Below, piece after piece: positions 10,329 to 19,554 of a stretch of DNA of 34,190 nt. Below the pieces are notes generated by a model. The model was not told the origin of the DNA, made no database searches, and saw only the letters and a program-made list of their open reading frames with translations. Position 1 is the stretch's first letter, and the number at the start of each line of letters is the position of its first letter. The translations under genes were made by a program, and so were the position numbers. This stretch comes from Methanothrix sp. (GTDB taxonomy: Archaea > Halobacteriota > Methanosarcinia > Methanotrichales > Methanotrichaceae): NCBI GenBank assembly GCA_040770465.1, contig JAXGJB010000031.1:1-34190 (forward strand). The letters are read 5' to 3'.

Positions 10329-10982
10329 ATGGCGGGATCGAGGCGGTTTGTACAGCTATCGGCGGAGATGAGGCGTAAAGGTATCCACATCAGCGGCCTC
10401 TCGGTCCCGGTGGCGATCCTCCTCTTCGGAAAGGCTGCGGCCATCGGCTTCGTCGCCACTGCCCTTCTGGTGGCGCTCTTTCTCGAACGGAGGCGGCTCT
10501 CAGGAAAGATCAGCCTTCCCGCCGTCCGCGACTCCGAGAAAAAGAGGGTGGCTGGCTACATCTACTACATCTCCGGAGCCCTCCTCGCAGTCGTCCTCTT
10601 CCCCCCGGCCATAGCCGTCGCCGCCATGCTGATGCTGTCGCTTGGGGACGCCGCCAGCGGGATCATCGGCTCGGTCGTCCGGGGCTCGGCCGTCCGGACC
10701 CGGATCATGGAGGGTGGGGCGTGGAGGAGAAAGCCCCTCCCGGTGGTGGCGGGAACCTTCGCGGTCTGCCTCCTTGCAGGCTATGGAGCGAGCCTCGTCG
10801 AGGGGACCTTCCTCGCAGAGCCGTTCCTCCTCACCATCCCGGTCTACTCAGTCGGCGCGGCGGCGGCGACCTTTGCGGATGCCGTCCCCCTCTCCTTCCG
10901 GAGGTGGGTCATCGACGACAACTTCTCGATCCCCGTCTTTTCGGGGGCGGCGATGCTCCTAGCAAGCCTCCTCATATTTTAA
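10329..10982 (+). CDS. Dolichol/phytol kinase-like membrane protein (cytidylyltransferase family)
   Basis: E.RRKGIH, LSLGDAASGIIG and IDDNFSIPV motifs; multiple TM segments. Confidence 0.85.
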   Translation: MAGSRRFVQLSAEMRRKGIHISGLSVPVAILLFGKAAAIGFVATALLVALFLERRRLSGKISLPAVRDSEKKRVAGYIYYISGALLAVVLFPPAIAVAAMLMLSLGDAASGIIGSVVRGSAVRTRIMEGGAWRRKPLPVVAGTFAVCLLAGYGASLVEGTFLAEPFLLTIPVYSVGAAAATFADAVPLSFRRWVIDDNFSIPVFSGAAMLLASLLIF

Positions 10983-11211
10983 AATCTGAAATCTGATCGA
11001 ATTCGTGCAGAAAGGTTTTTTAACGCTGGGGAGCCTTCCCTATCCAGTGAGCGAAGCAACTGTCAGCGGCCAAGCCGTCCGACTTCGAGGAACGGTATTC
11101 TCAGCTTTCAACGAAAACTGCGATTTCCGCCCTCGCTGAGGTGGTGGAGGAAGAGGAGGGCCGCCGGCGTCGAGAGGTTGCTTTTCATCGAGAGGAGAAA
11201 GGAGGGATATT

Positions 11212-11856
11212 ATGAATATAGTACTACTCGGTCCACCAGGATCCGGAAAGGGCACTCAGGCCAAGATGATCGCAGAGAAGTACGGCGTGGTTCACATCTC
11301 CACCGGAGACATCCTTAGAGAGAACGTCAGAAACGGCACCGCTCTGGGTGTGGAGGCCAAGAAGTTCATGGAAGCCGGGAAGCTCGTTCCCGACAGCCTT
11401 CTCATCGACATCATCAAGGACAGGCTGGCCAAAGACGACGTCAAGGGCGGCTGGATGCTGGACGGCTATCCCCGGACGATGCCTCAGGCCGAGGCGATGG
11501 ACAAGATCCTCCCCAATCTTGGCCAGAAGATCGATGTGGTCCTGAACATCGACGTTCCGGATGCAGAGCTCGTCAAGAGGGTCACCGGCCGGCGGATGTG
11601 CAAGTGCGGCGCCACCTATCACGTTCAGTTCAACCCGCCGAAGGTTGCCGGCAAGTGCGATGCCTGCGGCGGCGAGCTATACCAGAGGGCGGACGACACC
11701 GAGGAGACGGTCAAGGAGAGGCTCCAGGCCTATCACGCCCAGACCCAGCCCCTCATCGACTACTACAACAAGAGGGGAATCGTGGCCACGGTGCTCGGCG
11801 TGGGCGATATCAAAGAGATCTTCGGGAAGGTCGCCGAGGCTCTGGATAAGATTTAA
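11212..11856 (+). CDS. adk: Adenylate kinase (bacterial type, Zn-binding LID)
   Basis: GPPGSGKGTQA, HISTGDILR, LDGYPRT, LID with CKC...CDAC, YQRADD. Confidence 0.98.
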   Translation: MNIVLLGPPGSGKGTQAKMIAEKYGVVHISTGDILRENVRNGTALGVEAKKFMEAGKLVPDSLLIDIIKDRLAKDDVKGGWMLDGYPRTMPQAEAMDKILPNLGQKIDVVLNIDVPDAELVKRVTGRRMCKCGATYHVQFNPPKVAGKCDACGGELYQRADDTEETVKERLQAYHAQTQPLIDYYNKRGIVATVLGVGDIKEIFGKVAEALDKI

Positions 11857-11982
11857 AGATCTTTCCAAAACTCTTTTTCAACATTTTTATAAAATCTAAG
11901 TTCTATCTCCATCGAGTCTTCGCCAGCTCTATTGCCAAGCATTTTAAATCCATAAGATCAATACTCCAACTGGTGAGAGGAG

Positions 11983-14742
11983 ACGAAACCGAAGAGAAGA
12001 CACACTGTTGTTCTCATCTTGATTCTCCTGTTAGCTCTGGCACTCCTCATCAACTTGTTTCCTCAAGTCAAAGACTCTTCTCTGATCGGAGCTGCCGGCA
12101 TTTTATCCGCTGCTATTGAAATTATCGGATTTATCAGAGATCGCTCTGATAAAGAAGAAGACCGGCCAAGTGTCCAGATCGATCAGTCCAACGGTCCCAA
12201 AACCAATGTCGAGGGTGATCAGAAGAATCTGTTTTCTGGCTCCTTCAGTGGGCCAACCTCAGCAGAGGGAGACGCCGTAGATATGCGAGGTTCAACAGGA
12301 CCTATAAATGTGTTCAAGGGACCGGTGAATATCGACCAAGGGACAGCTTCTTTAAAGGAGCGGCCAATCCCCCGAATCAGGCCGCCACCGCAGAATTTTG
12401 TGGGCAGAGATGAAGATATAACAGAGATTCTCAGCGGCTTTGAGGGCGGCGCAGTCATCGCCGGTCTCCGGGGCATGGGCGGGGTAGGAAAGACCGCCCT
12501 GGCTCTCGTCCTGGTTGAAAGGCTCGCCGAAAGTTATCCCGATGGCCAGATCTTCATTGATTTGAAGGGCACCGACAAGAACCCGTTGACATCCGCCGAG
12601 GCGATGGCCCAGGTGGTTCGGGCTTACGATCCAGAGTTCAAGATGCCCAAGAACGATGGTGAATTAGAGAGGATATATATTTCAATACTTCATGGCAAGA
12701 GGTCCCTCTTACTGCTCGACAACGCCGCCAGCCGCGATCAGGTGGAGCTACTCATCCCGCCAAAGGGGTGCGCTCTTTTGGTGACATCTCGAAATAAATT
12801 CGCCCTTCCCGGTTTGACGGAAAAGGATCTGGACGTCCTTCCCCTTGATGACGCCAAGGAGCTTCTCCTGGAGATCTGTGAGCGCATCGGCGATCATGCG
12901 GAAGAGCTGGCAAAGCTGTGCGGTTGCCTTCCCATCGCCCTGAGAAACGCCGCGTCTCCCCTGAGAGAGAAGCCGAATTTGAGCGTTGCCAATCACATCA
13001 AGAAATTGGGCGATGCCATAGAGCGGCTGGAGCTGGTGGAGGCCTCCTTCAGCACGAGCTACGACCTCCTCACCCCGGAGCTTCAGAGGCTATGGTCCCT
13101 TTTATCGGTCTTTCCCGCCGACTTCGACCTCGCGGGAGCGGCGGCTGTCTGGGAGATGGAAGAGACGCCCGCCGAGGATGCTCTCGGCGAGCTGATGAAG
13201 TGGAGCCTGGTAGACTTTTCGCCCTCTGCCACTGGCGAAGGGGGACGATATCGGCTCCACGACCTGGCGCACGATTTCGCCGGATCGCGTCTGGATGAGG
13301 CAGTCCGTGAGCGAGCCAGACTGCGCCATGCCGAGCATTACAGAGATGTGCTCTCTGAAGCTGATCAATACTTCTTGCAGGTAAAAGAGGGCGTTCTGAA
13401 GGGCCTGCAGCTATTCGACCAGGAGAAAACGAATATCCTCGCCGGGCAGTCTTGGGCAGAGAATAATCTCAAAGTAAATTCTTCTTCTTCAGTGATCAAT
13501 CTCTGTAAATCCTATCCAAATATCGGGGCCTACGTTCTCGATCTGCGCCTCTCTCCCCGCGAAAAGATCTCCTGGCTTGAAACGGCATTGGAGGCATGCA
13601 GGAAATCAAATGACAAAGCCGCAGAAGGAAGCAATCTGGGCAACCTGGGGCTGGCTTATTATCAATTGGGCGAGCCCCGGCAGGCGATCGAATTCTACGA
13701 TCAGGCTCTTGCCATATCCCGCGAGATCGGAAACCTCCGGGGCGAGGGAAACCACCTGAACAACCTGGGTCTTGCTTACTCTCATCTTGGCGATCCCCGG
13801 AAGGCGATCGAGTTCTACGATCAGGCTCTTGCCATCTCCCACGAGATCGGTGACCTTCGGGGCGAGGGAAACCGCCTGGGCAACCTGGGGAATGCTTACT
13901 CTGATCTTGGCGATCCCCGGAAAGCAATCGAGTTCTACGATCAAGCTCTTGCCATCTCCCACGAGATCGGTGACCGCCGGGGCGAGGGAGCCGACTTAGG
14001 CAACCTGGGGAATGCTTACTCTGATCTTGGCGATCCTCGGAAAGCAATCGAGTTCTACGATCAAGCTCTTGCCATCACCCGCGAGATCGGCGACCGCCGG
14101 GGCGAGGGAATCAACCTGGGCAACCTGGGGAATGCTTACCATGATCTTGGCGATCCTCGGAAAGCGATCGAGTTCTACGATCAGGCTCTTGCCATCTCCC
14201 ACGAGATCGGTGACCACCGGGGCGAGGGAGTCGACTTAGGCAACCTGGGGCTGGCCTACTTTTATCTTGGCAATCCCCGGAAAGCGATAGAGTTCTACGA
14301 ACGGGCTCTGCAGATCTCACGCGAGATCGGGGACAGGCGGAGCGAAGGTGCCAACCTGGGCAACTTGGGGAGTGCTTACTCTGATCTTGGCGATCTCCGG
14401 AAAGCGATCGAGTTCTACGAGCAAGCTCTTGCCATAACCCGAGAGATCGGCGACCGTCGGGGCGAGGGAATCAACCTGGGTAACCTGGGGAGTGCTTACT
14501 TTGATCTGGGCAATCCCAAGAAAGCGATTGAGTTCTACGATATGGCTCTGCAGATCTCCCTCGAGATCGGGGACAGGCGGGGAGAAGGATACCAGCTCTT
14601 CAATATGAGCCTCTCTTTGCACGCCCTGGGCCAAAATGAGGAGGCCGTCTCTCTGGCCAAATCCGCCCTGGCGATCTACGAGCAGATCGAAAGCCCCTTC
14701 GCCGAGACCGTCCGCAAAAAGCTGGCCGAGTGGGGCGACTAG
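11983..14742 (+). CDS. Membrane-anchored STAND NTPase (NB-ARC) with C-terminal TPR array (NLR-like)
   Basis: Walker A GMGGVGKT, Walker B LLLLDNA, GCLPIAL, RYRLHDL, about 9 TPR units and two N-terminal hydrophobic segments. The ORF track starts at TTG 12019; the frame is open back to ACG 11983, which follows GGTGA. Confidence 0.9.
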   Translation, partial: TKPKRRHTVVLILILLLALALLINLFPQVKDSSLIGAAGILSAAIEIIGFIRDRSDKEEDRPSVQIDQSNGPKTNVEGDQKNLFSGSFSGPTSAEGDAVDMRGSTGPINVFKGPVNIDQGTASLKERPIPRIRPPPQNFVGRDEDITEILSGFEGGAVIAGLRGMGGVGKTALALVLVERLAESYPDGQIFIDLKGTDKNPLTSAEAMAQVVRAYDPEFKMPKNDGELERIYISILHGKRSLLLLDNAASRDQVELLIPPKGCALLVTSRNKFALPGLTEKDLDVLPLDDAKELLLEICERIGDHAEELAKLCGCLPIALRNAASPLREKPNLSVANHIKKLGDAIERLELVEASFSTSYDLLTPELQRLWSLLSVFPADFDLAGAAAVWEMEETPAEDALGELMKWSLVDFSPSATGEGGRYRLHDLAHDFAGSRLDEAVRERARLRHAEHYRDVLSEADQYFLQVKEGVLKGLQLFDQEKTNILAGQSWAENNLKVNSSSSVINLCKSYPNIGAYVLDLRLSPREKISWLETALEACRKSNDKAAEGSNLGNLGLAYYQLGEPRQAIEFYDQALAISREIGNLRGEGNHLNNLGLAYSHLGDPRKAIEFYDQALAISHEIGDLRGEGNRLGNLGNAYSDLGDPRKAIEFYDQALAISHEIGDRRGEGADLGNLGNAYSDLGDPRKAIEFYDQALAITREIGDRRGEGINLGNLGNAYHDLGDPRKAIEFYDQALAISHEIGDHRGEGVDLGNLGLAYFYLGNPRKAIEFYERALQISREIGDRRSEGANLGNLGSAYSDLGDLRKAIEFYEQALAITREIGDRRGEGINLGNLGSAYFDLGNPKKAIEFYDMALQISLEIGDRRGEGYQLFNMSLSLHALGQNEEAVSLAKSALAIYEQIESPFAETVRKKLAEWGD
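13624..14583 (+). repeat. Eight near-identical 120-bp (40-aa) TPR-coding tandem repeats, followed by a degenerate ninth
   Basis: Unit EGxxLGNLGxAYxxLGDPRKAIEFYDQALAISxEIGDRRG recurs with exact 120-nt periodicity (13624, 13744 ... 14464; ninth at 14584). Confidence 0.97.
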
Positions 14743-14786
14743 ATCACAAGGAACCTTTTTATTCGCTCATAATATTGCCCTCCCCC

Positions 14787-15455
14787 ATGATACTCGTCTA
14801 TTCCCTCGGCGGCTCCATCCTGGCGGGCCGCGATGCTGGAAGCCTCAAGGAGTACGCCACGGCTTTAAAGAGCCTCGCCCAAGAGCACCAGATCTTCGTG
14901 GTGGTGGGCGGGGGCAAGATCGCCCGAGAGTACATCGAGAAGGCCCGGGCCCTCGCGGCGAGCGAGGCCTTCTGCGACCTCCTCGGGATCGGGGCGACGA
15001 AGCTGAACGCCATGCTCCTGATTGCGGCCCTCGGCAGAGCCGCCGCCCCCGAGCCGGCCGAGAGCTACGCCGGCGCCCTTCTGGCCTCGGCGGGAGGAAA
15101 GATCGTCGTCCTCGGCGGGATGCAGCCGGGCCAGACCACCGACGCCGTCGCGGCCCTCCTCGCCGAGTACGTCCACGCCGACAAATTAATCGTGGCGACC
15201 TCCGTCGACGGCGTCTACTCCGCCGACCCAGGGATCGATCCGAAGGCGAAGAAGTACGAGAAGATGACCCACCAGGACCTGGTCCGCCTCTCGATGGAGA
15301 CGGAGATGAAGGCGGGGTCGCGCTCGCCCGTGGACCCCCTGGCGGCGAAGATCGTCGAGCGAAGCTCCATCCTTACCATCGTCGTCCACGGCGGGGAGGT
15401 CGAAAACCTGAAAAAAGCGGCCGACGGTGGCCATTCGGGAACTGAGATATACTGA
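14787..15455 (+). CDS. pyrH: Uridylate kinase (archaeal)
   Basis: MILVYSLGGS, VVVGGGKIAREY, PGQTTDAVAA, TSVDGVYSADP, VDPLAAKI. Start set at ATG 14787. Confidence 0.96.
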   Translation: MILVYSLGGSILAGRDAGSLKEYATALKSLAQEHQIFVVVGGGKIAREYIEKARALAASEAFCDLLGIGATKLNAMLLIAALGRAAAPEPAESYAGALLASAGGKIVVLGGMQPGQTTDAVAALLAEYVHADKLIVATSVDGVYSADPGIDPKAKKYEKMTHQDLVRLSMETEMKAGSRSPVDPLAAKIVERSSILTIVVHGGEVENLKKAADGGHSGTEIY

Positions 15456-15498
15456 AATCCTGAAGGGTGGGGGGGCTATGCCCCCGGAAACCTTCCAT

Positions 15499-16371
15499 CT
15501 AAAACCGGATCATGCAGCGGATGAGGTCGGTGGCTCCCAACATTCCGCTGGGAACATTGGAATCGAGGACGACGACCTGGCACGCCCCGGACTTCCCCAG
15601 TTCGCTTATGGCGACGTGAAGCGGATCGTCGGCGTTGACGGTGGGATACTCTCTTTCCATCGACTCCTCCACCGGCCGGTCTTCCTTCCCCTCGGCCACG
15701 CCCCTGATCACGTCCTCCATGCTTATGAGCCCCTTCAGATCACCGTTCTTTGCCACCAGGGCTGCCCTGACCTTCGAATCCGAGAGCTTCCGGCAAGCCT
15801 CCAAAAGCGACATTTCAGGGTCTATGGTGACGGCGGGCTTCGCCAGGTTCTTCACCGGGATCTTCGGTATCGAGGCCATCTCTTTTATGTCGAAAATCAG
15901 GCGGTTGGTGGTGTCGTCCCTCCCGGTCACCACACCCTTGATGGAGGTCTTGTTGACGGGGGTCGGCCCTATCTCGATCTCGTCGTCGATGTCAAACTCC
16001 CTGATGTTTCCGATTATCTGGACTATGCCGCTGCACTGGTTCGGCCTCATGACGGTGTAGAAGGTGATCTCGTTGGCGGTGGCCCCCTCAACGGGCGATC
16101 CGTTCCTCATCACCGGGACGTCCACCACCTCGTTGTCGGCGTCGAGGTTGATGGCGTCGTAAGCGGCGGCTATGGCCCGGTAGCCTCCCTTGGGGCCGGG
16201 AACTCCCTCCACCAGGTGGAGGGCCTTCAGAGACTGCATCTGGTTTCTGATGGTGCCGGGGTTTCGGTCGATGATCGAGGCGATCTCCTCGCCCTTTATG
16301 GCCCGGCCCTTCCGGCGTTGTAAATTTATCAGCGCGGTCAGAATCTCCCGCTGTATCTGTGTCAGTTCCAT
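15499..16371 (-). CDS. Archaeal transcriptional regulator with N-terminal wHTH and C-terminal CBS pair
   Basis: IKGEEIA..IDRNPGTIRNQMQSLKALHLVEGVPGPKGGY wHTH motif; C-terminal CBS-like repeats. Confidence 0.88.
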   Translation of the reverse strand: MELTQIQREILTALINLQRRKGRAIKGEEIASIIDRNPGTIRNQMQSLKALHLVEGVPGPKGGYRAIAAAYDAINLDADNEVVDVPVMRNGSPVEGATANEITFYTVMRPNQCSGIVQIIGNIREFDIDDEIEIGPTPVNKTSIKGVVTGRDDTTNRLIFDIKEMASIPKIPVKNLAKPAVTIDPEMSLLEACRKLSDSKVRAALVAKNGDLKGLISMEDVIRGVAEGKEDRPVEESMEREYPTVNADDPLHVAISELGKSGACQVVVLDSNVPSGMLGATDLIRCMIRF

Positions 16372-17555
16372 CCTTGATCGGGCGAATTTTCACGATTATC
16401 GGCTATATATACATGTTGATCTTTCGGCCGAAATCCGCGCGCAGGGCAGATTTTGCTGCCTTGGAAGGAAAGTTTCGCCATTCTTTTCCAGATTCGCTTG
16501 ACCGGCTCCTTCCGGACGTTTCCGACGGCCATGGGAAGGCAGGCGCAAGGATAGACGTCACCCTCGGGGGTGATGTGCATCCAGTTTCTCCCCGCAAAGC
16601 AGCCGAACTCCCGGAAGGCCGCCGGGACGGAGAAGATGCGAGGAGGCGGCGCCCCCGAGACGAACCTGTCGAGGGCCGCGTGATCCTCCTCCGACAGAAC
16701 CGACCCCAACTCTTCAGCCCACCTCCCCACGGGGACCACCTCGAAGAAGGTCAGCTCGTGAGCCCCGGCCGTGCGGGCGAGCCGATGAAACTCTTCGATC
16801 TCGGAGACGTTCTCCCGTCTCAGGACGGCGTAGATGTCCACCAGAAGTCCGGCGTCGAGGGCGTTCTCAACGGCCCTCATGGCGTCGCGGAAGGCGCCGA
16901 TCCTTCCCCTCATCCGGTCGTGCTCCGGCTCGGAGGCAGAGTCGAGGCTGACGTTGACGGCATAGAGCCCCGCATCCTTCAGGTCTCGGGCTAGCTTCGC
17001 CGAAAAACCCGCTCCCGATGTGAACATCGTTGAGATCGCCCGGTCGTCGACGGCCCTGACTAGGTCGGGAAGCTCCCGGTAGGTGGTGGGCTCCCCACCG
17101 TCGAAGATGACGAGGGTGGTTCCCAAATCCAGGACCTGGCCGATGACGTCCTCAACCTCGCCCGGCTCCAGACGGTGGTGGCGGCCCGAGTCTGGGAGGG
17201 CGCAGTGGAGGCAGCGGTTCGGGCACTCCTCGGTGATGGATATCGTCACCTGGTCGGGGGTCCTGATCCCGAAAGACGATTTGAGGTAGCTCTTCACCAG
17301 CCGGTCGAAAGCCCGGCTCGGAATGGGCGGAGACCAGGTTGATAGGATGAGCCCCTCCCCGGCCGCCACCGGGATCTGGCCCTCGGCCGCCCGGAGAGCC
17401 GACCGGACGAAGGGGAGATGGGCCAGGGGGCGCGAAGCCCTCAGCCTGACCCTTCCCTCTTCGACTGACCCGTCGACCCGGAGGAGGGGGCTATTTGCGA
17501 GGGTGTAACTGCCAGCTTCCCTCGCCTCTCTCGCTTCTCCCGCCGCCCTCTTCAC
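16362..17555 (-). CDS. Radical SAM protein with SPASM/Twitch domain
   Basis: CPNRCLHC (CxxxCxxC), [24 protein letters not shown]. Overlaps hisI and the CBS gene (operon-like). Confidence 0.9.
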   Translation of the reverse strand: MKRAAGEAREAREAGSYTLANSPLLRVDGSVEEGRVRLRASRPLAHLPFVRSALRAAEGQIPVAAGEGLILSTWSPPIPSRAFDRLVKSYLKSSFGIRTPDQVTISITEECPNRCLHCALPDSGRHHRLEPGEVEDVIGQVLDLGTTLVIFDGGEPTTYRELPDLVRAVDDRAISTMFTSGAGFSAKLARDLKDAGLYAVNVSLDSASEPEHDRMRGRIGAFRDAMRAVENALDAGLLVDIYAVLRRENVSEIEEFHRLARTAGAHELTFFEVVPVGRWAEELGSVLSEEDHAALDRFVSGAPPPRIFSVPAAFREFGCFAGRNWMHITPEGDVYPCACLPMAVGNVRKEPVKRIWKRMAKLSFQGSKICPARGFRPKDQHVYIADNRENSPDQGWN

Positions 17556-17902
17556 CGGTAGACCTCGTCCGGATCGAAGACCTTCTCTCCCACAACCTCG
17601 CCATCCAGGTCTCGATAGAAGCAGGACCTATAGCCGGTGTGGCAGGCCCCTCCCTCCTGGACCACCTTGAGGAGGATGGCGTCCTGGTCGCAGTCGATCC
17701 TCGCCTCGACGACCTTCTGGAAGTGGCCCGAGGACTCGCCCTTCAGCCAGAGCTTTCCTCTCGACCTCGACCAGTAGTGGGCCTTGCCGGTCTCCAGGGT
17801 CTTCGCCAGAGCCTCCCGGTTCATGTAGGCGAGCATCAGGACCTCGCCGCTTTTGGCGTCCTGGACTATCGCCGGGACGAGGTCGCCCTTGATCTCCAAC
17901 AT
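17552..17902 (-). CDS. hisI: Phosphoribosyl-AMP cyclohydrolase
   Basis: [33 protein letters not shown]. Confidence 0.98.
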   Translation of the reverse strand: MLEIKGDLVPAIVQDAKSGEVLMLAYMNREALAKTLETGKAHYWSRSRGKLWLKGESSGHFQKVVEARIDCDQDAILLKVVQEGGACHTGYRSCFYRDLDGEVVGEKVFDPDEVYR

Positions 17903-17950
17903 GCCTCGATGATAGGGCTATATCCTATAAAAGCCGTTTCTGGAAGGACG
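17903..17950. promoter_or_regulatory. Compact divergent promoter region of hisI and nreA
   Basis: 48-bp gap containing back-to-back TATA-like elements (CTATATCCTATAAAA); no SD, so both transcripts are probably leaderless or short-leadered. Confidence 0.5.
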
Positions 17951-19189
17951 ATGACCAGGTGCGTTCGGTGCAAGGGGCGGGGCCTGTGCGGAAGGCCGGT
18001 CTGCCCGATCCTGAAGAGCTTCCGGGTGGCATCGGAGCTTCCGAAGCTGGGAACGACCATCGAGGGGCCGTCGCCGCCGGAGGTCTTCGTGGGGAGGTTC
18101 GGATACCCCCGGGTCTCCGCAGGCCCCCTCCTCCCGGCGGACGAGAGCGGGGGCCTCGATCTCAGTTCTCTCAGCTCCGGCAGTGCCCTCGATCCCCTCC
18201 TCTTCTCCCGGCCTGGTGAGCTGGCTTTGAAGGGCGTCGAGGAGATCGTCGCCCTGAGGTCGTCGATGGTGAGGTCGGCTTCGAAGGTGGAGGTATCGGA
18301 CGCAAAGAACCCGGGGAGGCTCCTGGAGATGGCCCAGGAGATCGCCATGTCCTCGACGCCCGTCGGGACGGAGGTGACCTTCGCCAAGCCCCCGAGGGGC
18401 CGCCTCCGGTTCGACGGGTTCATGATGCCCTCGGGGCCGTCGGGCTCCATCGAGGAGATGGAGATCACATCGAACCCGTCGATTCCCCGGAAGGTCGACG
18501 CCGTCGTCGAGGACTCGGATCTTTTTGCCGCCAACGCCGTCGGCGAGCTTTACGCCTCCGGAGTCGAGATGGACGGGATATCGAGGCTCCTCTCTCTGGG
18601 GCTTCTCGGCAAGAAAAGGAAGCTCGTCCCGACCCGGTGGTCGATCACCGCCTCCGACGACATCGCGGGAAAGCATCTCGCCGCCGCGATCCAAGACCAC
18701 CCGACCGTCGGCGACTACCTCCTCTTCTCGGGCCAGAGGCTCGGAAACCACTTCGAGGTCCTCCTCGCGCCGGGCTCGTTCACCTACGAGCTGATCGAGA
18801 TCTGGCTCCCCCGGTCGGTCTGGTCCGGCGACGAGGCGTGGATCGGCGCCGATCGCGAGGGCCCCGGCCCGAAGAAGGGGTACAGCGACCTCGCCGGAGG
18901 GTACTACGCCGCCCGCCTCGCCCTTCTAGAGCGCCTGGCCGAGATGAGGCGGCAGGCCTCGGCCCTGATCGTCCGGGAGATCACCGAGGAGTACTGGGCG
19001 CCCCTGGGGGTCTGGGTCGTCCGGGAGGCGGCGCGGGCCGCTCTTTCGAGCCCGCCGAAGAGCTTCGAGACTATGGAGGCGGCTCTGGCCGACATGTCAA
19101 CGCGGATTCGGACGCCCGCGCGGGAGTGGCGGCCCCACTCGGAGATGGTGCGGGGGGTGGGGCAGACGACGCTGGCGAGGTTCTTCTGA
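17951..19189 (+). CDS. nreA: Nre family PCNA-interacting DNA repair protein
   Basis: N-terminal CxxCKG.GLCGRxxCP, SPPEVFVGRFGYP, KLVPTRWSITA, GGYYAARL, YWAPLGVWVVRE and C-terminal PIP box QTTLARFF. Confidence 0.92.
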   Translation: MTRCVRCKGRGLCGRPVCPILKSFRVASELPKLGTTIEGPSPPEVFVGRFGYPRVSAGPLLPADESGGLDLSSLSSGSALDPLLFSRPGELALKGVEEIVALRSSMVRSASKVEVSDAKNPGRLLEMAQEIAMSSTPVGTEVTFAKPPRGRLRFDGFMMPSGPSGSIEEMEITSNPSIPRKVDAVVEDSDLFAANAVGELYASGVEMDGISRLLSLGLLGKKRKLVPTRWSITASDDIAGKHLAAAIQDHPTVGDYLLFSGQRLGNHFEVLLAPGSFTYELIEIWLPRSVWSGDEAWIGADREGPGPKKGYSDLAGGYYAARLALLERLAEMRRQASALIVREITEEYWAPLGVWVVREAARAALSSPPKSFETMEAALADMSTRIRTPAREWRPHSEMVRGVGQTTLARFF

Positions 19190-19363
19190 GGGGAGTGGAG
19201 GAGGAAAGCCTTGATGGCAAAAGTTCACCCCCCGCGCCCGGGCGGCGCCGCCCAGCTCCTCCGGCTCTTATTTGGCCGGATCGCATCACAACTCCCGCCT
19301 TCACGGTGGCGTATTGAATTATTGGCGAAAGGTATATGACATTTGCAGGTCACGATGCTTACG

Positions 19364-19531
19364 ATGGCTTCCGTCAAGATTAGGCGAGATTCGGTCAAGA
19401 TTAGGCGAGATTCGGTTCGAGATGTCGATGCAGGCGAATCTGAGGCCGAGGAGCTGGACAGGCTCGCCCGAGAGACGAGGGAGAAGGGCATTTCGTGGAA
19501 GAGCCTCAAGGCAGAACTCAGATTAAACTAA
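19364..19531 (+). pseudogene. Small degenerate ORF, possible antitoxin remnant, at the island boundary
   Basis: MASVKIRRDSVKIRRDSVRDVDAGESEAEELDRLARETREKGISWKSLKAELRLN. TATA-like GTATATG about 30 bp upstream. Tail resembles the '(I/V)SWEELKxEL' ends of archaeal antitoxins (recalled). Contains a 21-bp duplication. Confidence 0.35.
19373..19414 (+). repeat. Perfect 21-bp tandem duplication
   Basis: GTCAAGATTAGGCGAGATTCG x2. Confidence 0.95.
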
Positions 19532-19554
19532 AAATCATTAGAAGGTAATGAAAA

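Noticed and set aside
11212-11856. Bacterial-type adenylate kinase in an archaeon
   Set aside because: Already known for Methanosarcinales-related methanogens; not novel.
13624-14583. CRISPR array or DGR variable region
   Set aside because: Repeats are contiguous in-frame 120-bp coding units without spacers. There is no cas gene, reverse transcriptase or template repeat in the window.
17495-17950. N-terminal extension of nreA (also the extensions of carA, pyrH, msrB and ORF 33257)
   Set aside because: They overlap other genes or promoters; family-typical N-termini begin at downstream starts.
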